In this document: one piece after another, positions 16,568-25,375 of the stretch
Layout of the letters: each line of letters opens with the position of its first letter
Numbering within the stretch: the stretch's first letter is position 1
Assembly (NCBI GenBank): GCA_017417025.1
Contig: JAFPZY010000017.1
Location: 27,614 to 91,613, forward strand
DNA from: Paludibacteraceae bacterium
GTDB taxonomy: Bacteria; Bacteroidota; Bacteroidia; Bacteroidales; Paludibacteraceae
DNA length: 64,000 bases
Direction: 5' to 3'
Program-made: the position numbers and the translations under genes
The notes under the pieces: generated by a model
The model's database searches: none
What the model was told of the DNA's origin: nothing
Seen by the model: the letters and a program-made list of their open reading frames with translations, nothing else

Positions 16568-17020
16568 TTAGTTTGTCGATTGCTGTCTATACACAATCGG
16601 GGATATTCCTGTCTCGCGGCGGAAGAAATAGCGGAAATACTCGGCGGATGTGAAATGTAAGTCAAAGGCTATTTCGCTCATACTCATGCGTGTATATCGC
16701 AGCAGTTGCTTGGCATGTTTGATACGGAAACTGTTAATCCATTGTAACACCGTCATTTCTGTTTCCTGTTTCACAATACGCGACAGATGCGCCTCGCTGA
16801 TATGAAGCCGCTCGCTATAGAAGGCTACAGCCGTTTCGGTAATATAATGTTCCCGCAACAGGTTCATGAACTGCTCCACCAAGGGCGAACGCATAATCTT
16901 GTTGCCGCCTGTTGTCAGTGTCTGCATTGCCGGATGATAGAACAGCGCCGCAATCTGGTGACGGGCGAAATCGGCGGCACACGGCATCTTCGCGCCAACC
17001 GCGTGATAGATGCTGTCCAT
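16568..17020 (-). CDS. short AraC-type HTH protein (150 aa, sensor domain largely missing)
   Basis: C-terminal HTH pair YSERLHISEAHLSRIVKQETEMTVLQWINSFRIKHAKQLLRYTRMSMSEIAFDLHFTSAEYFRYFFRRETGISP. The start is at MDSIYH (17020), because the upstream part of the track ORF covers the promoter box at 17100-17107. Confidence 0.7.
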   Translation of the reverse strand: MDSIYHAVGAKMPCAADFARHQIAALFYHPAMQTLTTGGNKIMRSPLVEQFMNLLREHYITETAVAFYSERLHISEAHLSRIVKQETEMTVLQWINSFRIKHAKQLLRYTRMSMSEIAFDLHFTSAEYFRYFFRRETGISPIVYRQQSTN

Positions 17021-17168
17021 AATCGTAAGTTTTTGCTGTCTTGGTTGATATTTGTGCTTGCCATCATACTTTAGCAGATGCGCAAAACATTCAAGCCTGC
17101 AAAGATAATGCTTTATTTTCATACGCAAGTGCGCGCGAGATTTTTTCTCAAAAATCTTCTTTTCTCAC
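17011..17168 (-). repeat. promoter-leader-start-codon module, copy A (inverted duplicate of 27968-28127)
   Basis: A ~130-nt core is near-identical to copy B (3 substitutions and one 2-nt indel by eye) and includes TATCTTTG (17100-17107) and ATGGACAGC. Similarity is weaker over a further ~30 nt. Confidence 0.9.
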
Positions 17169-17377
17169 CCCAAATCGTCCCTCTTCAGCGGTGCCCGCTT
17201 CTTCCGCTATCTGCCTGCCACCTCGTTTTTTTTCATTATTATCCTTTTTTTCTTGCATATTACATGAAAAATATGTAACTTTGCAGCCGGTTTATTTTGC
17301 TTTTAAGGCTCAAAAGGAAGTCGCCTTCACCCTTATAACACTCGCGGACAACACAAACAACTAAAATTCACATAATT

Positions 17378-19150
17378 ATGAAAAAGATTTTATCTTTCTT
17401 TATGCTGACCATGCTCACGGCGGGCTTCAGCGCAAAAGCCGCAGACGAAATCTATGCGGTATGGGACGAGTCATCCACCACCCTCACCCTCCGCTATGAC
17501 GCTGAGCGCGAAGCGCAAGGCGGCGTAACCGACTGGTCTGCGTACAAAGCAACCGCCACAACGGTTGTCTTTGACGCAAGCATGCAAAACGCCCGTCCTA
17601 CCGGCACGAAAGAATGGTTTCGGTCTTTTGAGAAACTGACAGCGATTCAGCATCTTGACTACCTGAACACTTCCGAAGTGACGGATATGTCCTATATGTT
17701 CTGCGGCTGCAAAGCATTGACCTCTCTTGACATTAGCAATTTCAATACGGAAAAGGTAACAGACATGTCCTATATGTTCGATGAATGCAAGGCATTAACT
17801 TCCTTTACTCTTGGTTCTTCGTTCAGTACTGCCAATGTAACAACGATGAGTAGTATGTTCAGTAACTGCAACGCATTAACCTCTCTTGACCTCAGCAATT
17901 TCAATACTGCCAATGTGGAGTATATGGACTGCATGTTCAGCGGCTGCCAAGCATTGACCTCTCTTGACCTCAGTAAGTTCAACACTGAAAAGGTGACGGA
18001 TATGTACGCTATGTTCGGATGGTGCAACGCATTAACCGCTCTTGACTTCAGTAAGTTCAACACTGAAAAAGTGACGGATATGTCCTGGATGTTCTATGAT
18101 TGCCGGGCATTAACTACCCTTACTCTTGGTTCTTCGTTCAGTACCGACAATGTGACGGATATGAGTTACATGTTCTCCAACTGCGAACAATTGACCTCTC
18201 TCGACATCAGCAAGTTCAATACTGAAAAGGTGACAAGTATGGAATTTATGTTCTCCAATTGCTATGCATTGACCGCTCTGGACTTCAGTTCGTTCAGCAC
18301 TGCCAATGTAACAACGATGCAATGTATGTTCCATAATTGCAACGCATTAAACTCTCTTGACCTCAGCAATTTCAGCACTGAAAAGGTGGCGAATGTTAAT
18401 ACTATGTTCTGGTCTTGCAAAGCACTTACCACCATATATTGGGATGTGGACCTAAGCGGAAGAACTGATATTAATTCCGGCTCGATGTTCTCTGACTGCG
18501 ACAAACTTGTCGGCGGCAACGGAACTGAATATGATAACAATATTACCGACAACACCTACGCCCGTCCGGACGGCAAGGACGGCAAACCGGGCTACTTCAC
18601 CACCAAACCTGTTCCGCAGACAAAAGAGATGACCCCAACTATCGCTTATCTGGACTGGGACAATACACACAGCGTCTGGGGACTCACCGTATATGAATTT
18701 GACGCTCTTGAAAACCCGCTGTTCATCTTCACGCTCAACGCAGAAGGCTCCAAGATCTCCATACCCACTTCACTTGTCATAAGCGGCTCTACTGACGACA
18801 ATATGGTATTCTCTGACGGTGAAAATACATGGTATGGCATTATTAAAGATGCCGCCTTCACTATCTCGTATGACGGCGGTCTGCGCACCAAAGAGGCGGG
18901 CGGCTCAACCGTGCTTTACGCACTTGCCAAAATAAGCGGAGAGATGAGCAGTGAAGCAGGAGACAAACTGATTGTAAAAGAACCGGCAGACTTTATCGAG
19001 TGCTACGTAACCGGCATCGACATTCCGACCGGCATCGACAACGCACAAGCAGCAGCCGCACAAACCACAAAACTCCTCCGCAACGGCTCGCTCTACATTC
19101 TCCGCAACGGAAAGACCTACACCATCACCGGCGCAGAAGTAATCCGTTAA
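17378..19150 (+). CDS. BspA-type leucine-rich-repeat surface protein with T9SS C-terminal sorting domain
   Basis: Signal peptide MKKILSFFMLTMLTAGFSAKA, ~11 repeats of the form F..C.ALTSLDLS.FNT..VT.M..MF, and a C-terminus LLRNGSLYILRNGKTYTITGAEVIR. Confidence 0.85.
   Translation: MKKILSFFMLTMLTAGFSAKAADEIYAVWDESSTTLTLRYDAEREAQGGVTDWSAYKATATTVVFDASMQNARPTGTKEWFRSFEKLTAIQHLDYLNTSEVTDMSYMFCGCKALTSLDISNFNTEKVTDMSYMFDECKALTSFTLGSSFSTANVTTMSSMFSNCNALTSLDLSNFNTANVEYMDCMFSGCQALTSLDLSKFNTEKVTDMYAMFGWCNALTALDFSKFNTEKVTDMSWMFYDCRALTTLTLGSSFSTDNVTDMSYMFSNCEQLTSLDISKFNTEKVTSMEFMFSNCYALTALDFSSFSTANVTTMQCMFHNCNALNSLDLSNFSTEKVANVNTMFWSCKALTTIYWDVDLSGRTDINSGSMFSDCDKLVGGNGTEYDNNITDNTYARPDGKDGKPGYFTTKPVPQTKEMTPTIAYLDWDNTHSVWGLTVYEFDALENPLFIFTLNAEGSKISIPTSLVISGSTDDNMVFSDGENTWYGIIKDAAFTISYDGGLRTKEAGGSTVLYALAKISGEMSSEAGDKLIVKEPADFIECYVTGIDIPTGIDNAQAAAAQTTKLLRNGSLYILRNGKTYTITGAEVIR
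17633..18428 (+). repeat. intragenic ~69-75-nt LRR-coding tandem repeats
   Basis: Recurring gcattgacctctcttgacctcagcaatttcaatac(t/g)g..aaggtgacggatatg segments. Confidence 0.8.
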
Positions 19151-19267
19151 AAAAACTGCACCGCTAATAAGCACAGCTGCAAATAAGCAAAACTGCCAAT
19201 AAGCAGTTGCCAATAAGCAAAACTGCCAATAAGAAGCTGCTAATAAGCAAAACTGCCAAATACTCCG

Positions 19268-19300
19268 AGCGACCCCATTTGCGGGTCGCTTGCTGTTTGT
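19268..19300 (+). terminator. intrinsic terminator
   Basis: Stem agcgaccc (19268-19275) pairs with gggtcgct (19283-19290). The tail is tgctgtttgt. Confidence 0.7.
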
Positions 19301-19309
19301 ATAAATTCT

Positions 19310-19425
19310 GCTGTGCCTCCGCTGTGCCTCCGCTGTGCCTCCGCTGTACTTCCGCTGTGCCTCCGCTGTGCCTCCGCTGTGCCTCCACTGTACTTCCACT
19401 GTGCTTCTGCTGTGCTTCAGCTGTC
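19310..19425. repeat. 11-bp tandem repeat x~10 (gctgtgcctcc) with AAAB-AAAB higher order
   Basis: Units read directly. Every fourth unit is the variant (g/a)ctgtacttcc. Confidence 0.9.
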
Positions 19426-19540
19426 TTTTCCGCGTGATTACCGCGTGATTACCGAGTCACATCCGTGTCTTCACCCCGCCCTAACCCTGCCTTGCCTGTG
19501 TCAAAACAGACCGCTGTCTTCGCTTTCACTTTCAGCAGTC

Positions 19541-19598
19541 TGTAGTAGGTGATTAGTAGGTGGTTAGTAGGTGATTAGTAGGTGATTAGTAGGTGATT
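19541..19598. repeat. 11-bp tandem repeat x5 (ggtgattagta), cytosine-free
   Basis: I found no C from 19541 to 19598. The words contain TGA and TAG. Confidence 0.9.
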
Positions 19599-19731
19599 CC
19601 CGATTGACAACTATGACAAAACTATAATTCTAAACCGTCATAACAGAGGAGAACAAGGCCCGATACAACAAAAAAGTTTGGAAGCAATGCAAAAAAAACA
19701 GGAAAGATTTGCAAACTTGAAAAAAAAGCAT

Positions 19732-19739
19732 TACCTTTG
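19732..19739 (+). promoter_or_regulatory. -7 promoter box TACCTTTG for frdB
   Basis: aaaaaaagcatTACCTTTGcaggctgaaa lies 60 nt upstream of the ATG at 19799. Confidence 0.6.
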
Positions 19740-19798
19740 CAGGCTGAAACGCTTTGTGGCGTGAAACACAGGAGCATTTTAACGCAAACACAATATAA

Positions 19799-20554
19799 AT
19801 GGACAGCTACATCGACATCAAAGTCCGCGTCTGGAGACAGGCCGGACCGAAGGCGAAAGGCCATTTTGAGACCTACGACCTCAAGCACATCTTCCAGGGC
19901 GCATCATTCCTCGAGATGATGGACATCCTGAACGAGCAGCTCATCAGCGAGCACAAAGACCCCGTCGCATTCGACCACGACTGCCGCGAAGGAATATGCG
20001 GTATGTGCTCTATGTATGTAAACGGGCATCCGCACGGACCAGACAGCGCAATTACCACCTGCCAGCTCCACATGCGCAAGTTCAACAACGGCGACACCAT
20101 CACCGTAGAGCCCTGGCGCAGTCACGCTTTCCCTGTTATAAAGGACCTTATGGTGGACCGTCAGGCCTACGACAAGATCATGCAGGCCGGAGGTTTCGTT
20201 TCGGTGAACACCGGCGGCGTTCCTGACGCTAATGCCATACCCATCCCGAAGCCCGCAGCTGACGAGGCAATGGATGCGGCATCGTGCATAGGCTGCGGCG
20301 CATGCGCAGCGGCTTGCAAAAACGGCAGTGCTATGCTGTTCGTGGCTGCCAAAGTGAGCCAGCTCGCACTTCTGCCCCAAGGCAAAGTGGAGGCCGCACA
20401 GCGCGCGAAAAACATGGTGGCCAAGATGGACGAACTCGGCTTCGGCAACTGCACCAACACCGGTGCCTGCGCCGCCGAGTGCCCCAAGCAGGTCAGCCTG
20501 GCCAACATCGCACGCCTCAACCGCGAGTTCCTCAGCGCCAAGTTCAAAGACTGA
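19799..20554 (+). CDS. frdB: fumarate reductase/succinate dehydrogenase iron-sulfur subunit
   Basis: [18 protein letters not shown]...[24 protein letters not shown] (2Fe-2S), [11 protein letters not shown] and [12 protein letters not shown] cluster motifs. At 251 aa it matches Bacteroides FrdB. Confidence 0.9.
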   Translation: MDSYIDIKVRVWRQAGPKAKGHFETYDLKHIFQGASFLEMMDILNEQLISEHKDPVAFDHDCREGICGMCSMYVNGHPHGPDSAITTCQLHMRKFNNGDTITVEPWRSHAFPVIKDLMVDRQAYDKIMQAGGFVSVNTGGVPDANAIPIPKPAADEAMDAASCIGCGACAAACKNGSAMLFVAAKVSQLALLPQGKVEAAQRAKNMVAKMDELGFGNCTNTGACAAECPKQVSLANIARLNREFLSAKFKD

Positions 20555-20599
20555 AAAAGACAGTTCAAAGACTGAGAATAGCAGATTTCTGCATATCCT

Positions 20600-20634
20600 C
20601 CCCGTGCCGTCACATGCGGTGCGGGGTGTTTGTT
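20600..20634 (+). terminator. intrinsic terminator
   Basis: Stem ccccgtgccg (20600-20609) pairs with cggtgcgggg (20617-20626) with two G-U pairs. The tail is tgtttgtt. Confidence 0.7.
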
Positions 20635-20700
20635 ATGAGTAAAAATGCAGGTCCGGCGCAAAAAATGAGCAAAACTCTTGCATAAATGAAATAAAAGCCG

Positions 20701-20708
20701 TACTTTTG
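20701..20708 (+). promoter_or_regulatory. -7 promoter box TACTTTTG for ssrA
   Basis: ccgTACTTTTGcaggctgaaatg lies 19 nt upstream of the GGGG start of the tmRNA. Confidence 0.6.
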
Positions 20709-20726
20709 CAGGCTGAAATGCAAAAA

Positions 20727-21115
20727 GGGGATAATTGGTTTTGACAGCAGGTAGAACAGGTATGTAAGCATGCCGGACATGAATACCGTCCGTAACAGGG
20801 TTCAAAACAATTAACTGGCAACAACAACTATGCTCTCGCTGCCTGATCGAAGTACAGTAGATCGGCCTTATTTCGGCACAAGGTGCTGAAACGGGACATC
20901 GCTCCAAGCCTTTCTTTGCGGCTTAAAGGACAAAGCGGTGCGGAAATAGCAAAGATAGCCTTTTGCGGCTGCGCGTAAAGGGCGAAAATCAAAGCAGATA
21001 AGGTTCGGGTTGGTGGCTCCGGTCTTGCTCGGACACGAAAATGAAGGCGGAGATAAGCATGTAGAAAGCGTATTGGTTCCTTGTTTGGACGCGGGTTCGA
21101 ATCCCGCTATCTCCA
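20727..21115 (+). ncRNA. ssrA: tmRNA (SsrA)
   Basis: 5' GGGGATAATTGGTTTTGACAGC and 3' GTTTGGACGCGGGTTCGAATCCCGCTATCTCCA form the tRNA-like domain (acceptor ggggata with tatctcc). The tag ORF ggc aac aac aac tat gct ctc gct gcc tga encodes GNNNYALAA* at 20817-20846. The terminal CCA is not fully encoded. Confidence 0.95.
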
Positions 21116-21184
21116 CTAAATAGGCGGCACCGGGCAGACACAGGTGAGGTCTGCAGGTGCTGCGGTTTTAACAATTGCCCGTTT

Positions 21185-22525
21185 ATGTCATTCTTCAAAA
21201 AACTGACCGACTTCCTCCTGTACGACCTCTGGCGCAAAACAGGGGAAGAGCTTGGCCGCTGGAGGAAGCTGGGCTTCATGATTCTGCGGAGCATTGTGAT
21301 TACGGTGAGAGGGTTCCTTAACCACAATATCAATACCCGCGCCAACGCTCTCACATACTCAATGATGTTTGCCTTCGTGCCGGTGCTCGCACTCATTCTC
21401 GCTATAGCCAAAGGGTTTGGTTTTGAGCAGGTTATAGAGGCCAAACTCTATGAAAGCGTGCTGGGGAAAATGAACGTGGTGCCTACTATTATGGGCTTCG
21501 TGGAGCGCTATCTGGAGACTGCTCGGGGCGGAGCGTTCATCGGTGTCGGACTGCTGGTGCTGCTTTGGTCGGTCTATTCCTTTTTCAGCAACATAGAGTC
21601 TTCGTTCAACACAATATGGCAAGTGCGGCAGTCACGCTCTAAACTGCGGCAGTTCACCACCTATATCACTGTCCTGCTGCTGGTTCCGATGCTGATGGTG
21701 GCTTCGTCGGGCGTTAGCATTGTGGTGGGGACGGCTGCGGAGTCGATAAACGAGTGGATGCTCGGTCAGTCGCTGCGCGTCTTTTTCGTGCGGATGCTGC
21801 CTTTCATAACCTGCTGGCTCATCTTCAGCTGGATGTACTGGGCTATACCTAACACCAAAGTGGGGGCATGGGCGGCATTCATTCCTGGCATAGTGGTCGG
21901 GACGCTCTTCCAGTTGCTCCAGATGCTGTCGTTTTATTTAGTGGCGTTTCTGTCCAGGACGAGCATCATCTATGGTGCCTTTGCCGTTATCCCGCTGTTG
22001 ATGACATGGCTGCAGTTGTCGTGTCTGTTCATCTTGTCAGGCGCGGAACTGAGTTTTGCCATCGAGAACAACGAGGATTTTGACTACGAGCGTGACCTGC
22101 AGCACATATCGCGACGCTACAAGGACTTTGTAACACTGTTCCTTACATGGCTGATAGTCTGCCGTTTCGACAAGGGGCAAGAGCCGCAGACTGCCGCAGA
22201 GATGGCACGTGAGAACAGACTTCCGGCACGGCTTGTGAACCAGTTGCTGGGGAGGCTCGTGGAAGTGGGAATAATACGCGAAACCTACAAGGACGACAAG
22301 GACGAGCACGCCTATATGCCCGCCTATGACATAAACAAACTCAGCGTCGGGGACGTTATAGCCCGCATAGACAGGCAGGGGAACGAGCTGTTTCTCAGCC
22401 AGCCTACCGAGGAAAGCCAGCTGTTCTGGAAGCGATATATAGAGTTGCGCGACGACAGTACGGACGTGTCGAAAGTGCTCGTGAAAGACCTGATGGAGCA
22501 GGTTATATCAAAGCCCGCAGCATGA
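21185..22525 (+). CDS. YihY/BrkB (virulence factor BrkB) family membrane protein with C-terminal soluble extension
   Basis: RSIVITVRGFLNHNINTRANALTYSMMFAFVPVLALILAI is the YihY signature, with six TM segments. A ~140-aa C-terminal tail is present. Confidence 0.85.
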   Translation: MSFFKKLTDFLLYDLWRKTGEELGRWRKLGFMILRSIVITVRGFLNHNINTRANALTYSMMFAFVPVLALILAIAKGFGFEQVIEAKLYESVLGKMNVVPTIMGFVERYLETARGGAFIGVGLLVLLWSVYSFFSNIESSFNTIWQVRQSRSKLRQFTTYITVLLLVPMLMVASSGVSIVVGTAAESINEWMLGQSLRVFFVRMLPFITCWLIFSWMYWAIPNTKVGAWAAFIPGIVVGTLFQLLQMLSFYLVAFLSRTSIIYGAFAVIPLLMTWLQLSCLFILSGAELSFAIENNEDFDYERDLQHISRRYKDFVTLFLTWLIVCRFDKGQEPQTAAEMARENRLPARLVNQLLGRLVEVGIIRETYKDDKDEHAYMPAYDINKLSVGDVIARIDRQGNELFLSQPTEESQLFWKRYIELRDDSTDVSKVLVKDLMEQVISKPAA

Positions 22526-24377
22526 GGTGTATGTCAGTGCGTGTAATGCGTCCGAGCCCCTGCTGCTCGGCCCATTGCCGGGAGTAAACAGTCTCGCTTA
22601 TACGGAGATAGAGGGTCAGTTGCTCAATGATGCGCCACTTTAGATTGAGGAAAAAACGTCCGCCTGTGCCATAGATGGCCGGAACCGACCAGCCGTAAAG
22701 CACGTCTTTCTCGTAAAGGTATATCCGGTTATTCCACTCCCGTGCGCAGAAACCCTGCACGCGCAGCAGCATTGTCAGAGGGATATTGGCGAAGCGGTAC
22801 TCAACGTCCTGAAAGACGGAGAGGCCCCATGTGAGCCGGCTGAGACTGTCTTTAACGAGGTTGGCATCGGCCTCCGTCCGCAGGCTCCATGACGCATCGC
22901 GCCAATCCAGCTGCAAGCGCGTGCTGTAAATGCCTGTGCGTGCTTTCTCCTTTGCCCGCAACCACCACAATATACTCATTCCGCGCCCCTGTATCCACGT
23001 TGCCGTGACCTTTGCATCATATCCCCACGAGGGGCTGTATGGTATGCCGTATTTCACACCTGCGAACCGGAAAATGTCGCCATAAGCGGCAAAACGCCAG
23101 TGCTCAAGCAGATGTATGTCCGCGCAGGCATAGAGTCCGTTCTCGTCATTGGCGCGCGATGTCTCGCTGAAAGCATATCCGAGGGGGTTGTCAAACTTCG
23201 GTGAGTAGTAGCGGTAAAGCACTGTGAGGTCAACGCCTTCAGTGGGAGTGGTCTCAATGCCTGCCAGCAGCCCCGCTCCCCACCTGTCCTTGTTTTGAGC
23301 GGTGGCTGCTTCGCCGAAGAGGGAGAACAGACGGTGGTTCCACCTGAAGTTGGCACCGCCCGCAAACTGACGGCTGCCGCGGAAATAGTTTTGGTTGTAG
23401 GCGGCGTGTTCATAATAATAGCGCACGCTGTCCTGCCAGATGTTCTCCAGAGCCGTTATGCCGGCTTTGAAGTTCTTGTATCTGAAAGTGACATTGGCGC
23501 CTGCTGTGTGTCTGCGGTTCTGCATGTTGTCTTTGGTGAGGCTGTACCAGGCTGAGGCATCAACATGGTCGAAGCACAGCGTTCCGGCAATGCCGTGCAA
23601 GCCGTTACCGTCCACAGAGGAGTATTTGCGCACCCCCTCAGTGAGAGAGCCTGCATGCTGCATATAAGCCGACTTGCCAGCGTGAAAAGGCGAAGCCGCA
23701 ACCAAACCCTGCCCGAACTGCACCTGATAGTTGCCGAGTACCAGCGTGCGAAGGTGCCTGATTGCGCCGAGCTGCACATAGCCGCCATATTGCAAAGCCT
23801 TTGCATTGCCGCCCGTGGGCCTGCGCAGGGTGAAGCCTGCCTGCCATTTGTCTTTATAGCCGGCCTTGTAGCGGAGTTGTGTGTAAACAGGGTCAAGTTG
23901 CCCGTTGCGGCGCGGCTCCTCAACATATCTGGCATCCGTGCGCGCTGTTATTTCGTGGCGAGCGAAGCGGAACAGCTCGCGCCAGTAAACAGGTTCTGTG
24001 CTTTTTGCAGGCCTTACGCAGACAAAAGGCAGCAGGTCGCGTATCTCATAGTCCTGCAGACCGTCCACAAGCCTCAACTCGCTCAGACTCTCCATCTGAT
24101 GGCGGGAGACGTAGAGAAGAATGTTGTCTATCTGCTTGGGCGAGAGGAAGCGCAGGCGCGCCAGGTCGTCGTAAGAAGCTTCGTTGATATTGACAGGGGC
24201 TTCCGCTATTTCCAGCAGTTCCTCTTGCAGTTCCTCGTAATCGACCTCCTCCGTCTCGGCAAGAAAACGGTAGATGTCGCTGATGATGTCTTCTGTGGTC
24301 GCGGGAGGAGTCTCTGCCCGTGTTTCGGCACCTGAAAGACACAGCAAAAGGCACAATATGATAAAAAAGTAACGCAT
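22503..24377 (-). CDS. helix-hairpin-helix (ComEA-like) domain protein fused to a predicted outer-membrane beta-barrel
   Basis: Signal peptide MRYFFIILCLLLCLSG. HhH region VNINEASYDDLARLRFLSPKQIDNILLY...LSELRLVDGLQDYEIRDLLPFV. The long C-terminal region has alternating aromatic strands. The start was set at 24377 because the promoter box (24385-24392) lies inside the longer track ORF. Confidence 0.75.
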   Translation of the reverse strand: MRYFFIILCLLLCLSGAETRAETPPATTEDIISDIYRFLAETEEVDYEELQEELLEIAEAPVNINEASYDDLARLRFLSPKQIDNILLYVSRHQMESLSELRLVDGLQDYEIRDLLPFVCVRPAKSTEPVYWRELFRFARHEITARTDARYVEEPRRNGQLDPVYTQLRYKAGYKDKWQAGFTLRRPTGGNAKALQYGGYVQLGAIRHLRTLVLGNYQVQFGQGLVAASPFHAGKSAYMQHAGSLTEGVRKYSSVDGNGLHGIAGTLCFDHVDASAWYSLTKDNMQNRRHTAGANVTFRYKNFKAGITALENIWQDSVRYYYEHAAYNQNYFRGSRQFAGGANFRWNHRLFSLFGEAATAQNKDRWGAGLLAGIETTPTEGVDLTVLYRYYSPKFDNPLGYAFSETSRANDENGLYACADIHLLEHWRFAAYGDIFRFAGVKYGIPYSPSWGYDAKVTATWIQGRGMSILWWLRAKEKARTGIYSTRLQLDWRDASWSLRTEADANLVKDSLSRLTWGLSVFQDVEYRFANIPLTMLLRVQGFCAREWNNRIYLYEKDVLYGWSVPAIYGTGGRFFLNLKWRIIEQLTLYLRISETVYSRQWAEQQGLGRITRTDIHLMLRALI

Positions 24378-24384
24378 TAGCGCA

Positions 24385-24432
24385 CAAAAGTAAGAAAGAT
24401 ATTGCATATATGCAAAAAAAAAAGTACTTTTG
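24385..24432. promoter_or_regulatory. back-to-back divergent -7 boxes (TACTTTTG on each strand) flanking a 14-bp palindrome and an A10 tract
   Basis: caaaagta at 24385-24392 (minus box), ttgcatatatgcaa at 24402-24415, A-run at 24414-24423, tacttttg at 24425-24432 (plus box). Confidence 0.6.
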
Positions 24433-24436
24433 TGCC

Positions 24437-25375
24437 ATGAATCGTTCAGAGAGACATCTAACTGCGCTTAAATGGGTTCTTGCAGCCGCGGCTTACGGTT
24501 GGCTGGCGTGGAACTTGTACCACTATGACGACTATGCGTCTCTGCTTGCAGGCTTCATGGATGCGGGGTGGGGCGAGTGGGGGTGTCTTGCTCTGTGCAT
24601 AGTGCTGATGCCGTTGAATATACACCTTGAGGCGCTGCGCTGGCATACAGTGGTCCGCCCGCTGTCGCCGCTGTCGGTGCGCGAGGCGGAAAGGCAGGTC
24701 TATGGCGGCATGCTGGGTGCGTTTCTTACTCCTTACCGCGCCGGAGAACTGCCTGCGCGTGTGTATTTGATGAAGGATAATAAGGTGTGGAAAGAGGCAC
24801 TGCTTGCAGGCGTAATGGGGGGCGGGGTAATGACTGTGACAATAATTGCACTGGGCGTTGTGCCTGCTGTTTACAGCCTTGTTGTCAGCGAACTGAACGC
24901 TCTGTGGGAGCGTGTCGCAATAATAGTCCCCTGTGTGCTTGCAATAGGTGTAGGCGCTTTCTGGTGCTGGCGGAAACGGAGTCTGGAACAAACCTTTTGG
25001 GCTGTATTGCCGCGCCTTGCAGGGTGGACTCTGCTGCGCTACTTGTGTTTCTCGGTGCAGATGGCTCTGATGCTGTATTTCTGCGGAGTGCACTTGTCAA
25101 TGACAAGCCTTTTGACTGCCATCCCTGTTTATTATCTGCTGGTTACACTCACTCCCAATATGCCTATAGCCGATGCGGGCATAAGGGGAAGTTGGGCTGT
25201 GTTTGTCTTCAGCCGTTACTCGGAGAACGTGCCGATGATTGCACTGGCGGCTGTGCTGCTCTGGTTGGTGAATACGGTGGTTCCTGTTTTCATCGGGCTG
25301 TGCCTCCGCAGCGATAGCGGCGGATACAGGCAAGGTGATGGGTGTATTGACCGTCGGGATGTTGAAAATCCCTGA
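24437..25375 (+). CDS. lysylphosphatidylglycerol-synthase-TM-like (UPF0104, flippase-like) membrane protein
   Basis: ~8 TM segments with LEALRWHTVVRP and LTPYRAGELPARVYL blocks typical of the family. The ATG lies only 4 nt after the promoter box. Confidence 0.65.
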   Translation: MNRSERHLTALKWVLAAAAYGWLAWNLYHYDDYASLLAGFMDAGWGEWGCLALCIVLMPLNIHLEALRWHTVVRPLSPLSVREAERQVYGGMLGAFLTPYRAGELPARVYLMKDNKVWKEALLAGVMGGGVMTVTIIALGVVPAVYSLVVSELNALWERVAIIVPCVLAIGVGAFWCWRKRSLEQTFWAVLPRLAGWTLLRYLCFSVQMALMLYFCGVHLSMTSLLTAIPVYYLLVTLTPNMPIADAGIRGSWAVFVFSRYSENVPMIALAAVLLWLVNTVVPVFIGLCLRSDSGGYRQGDGCIDRRDVENP

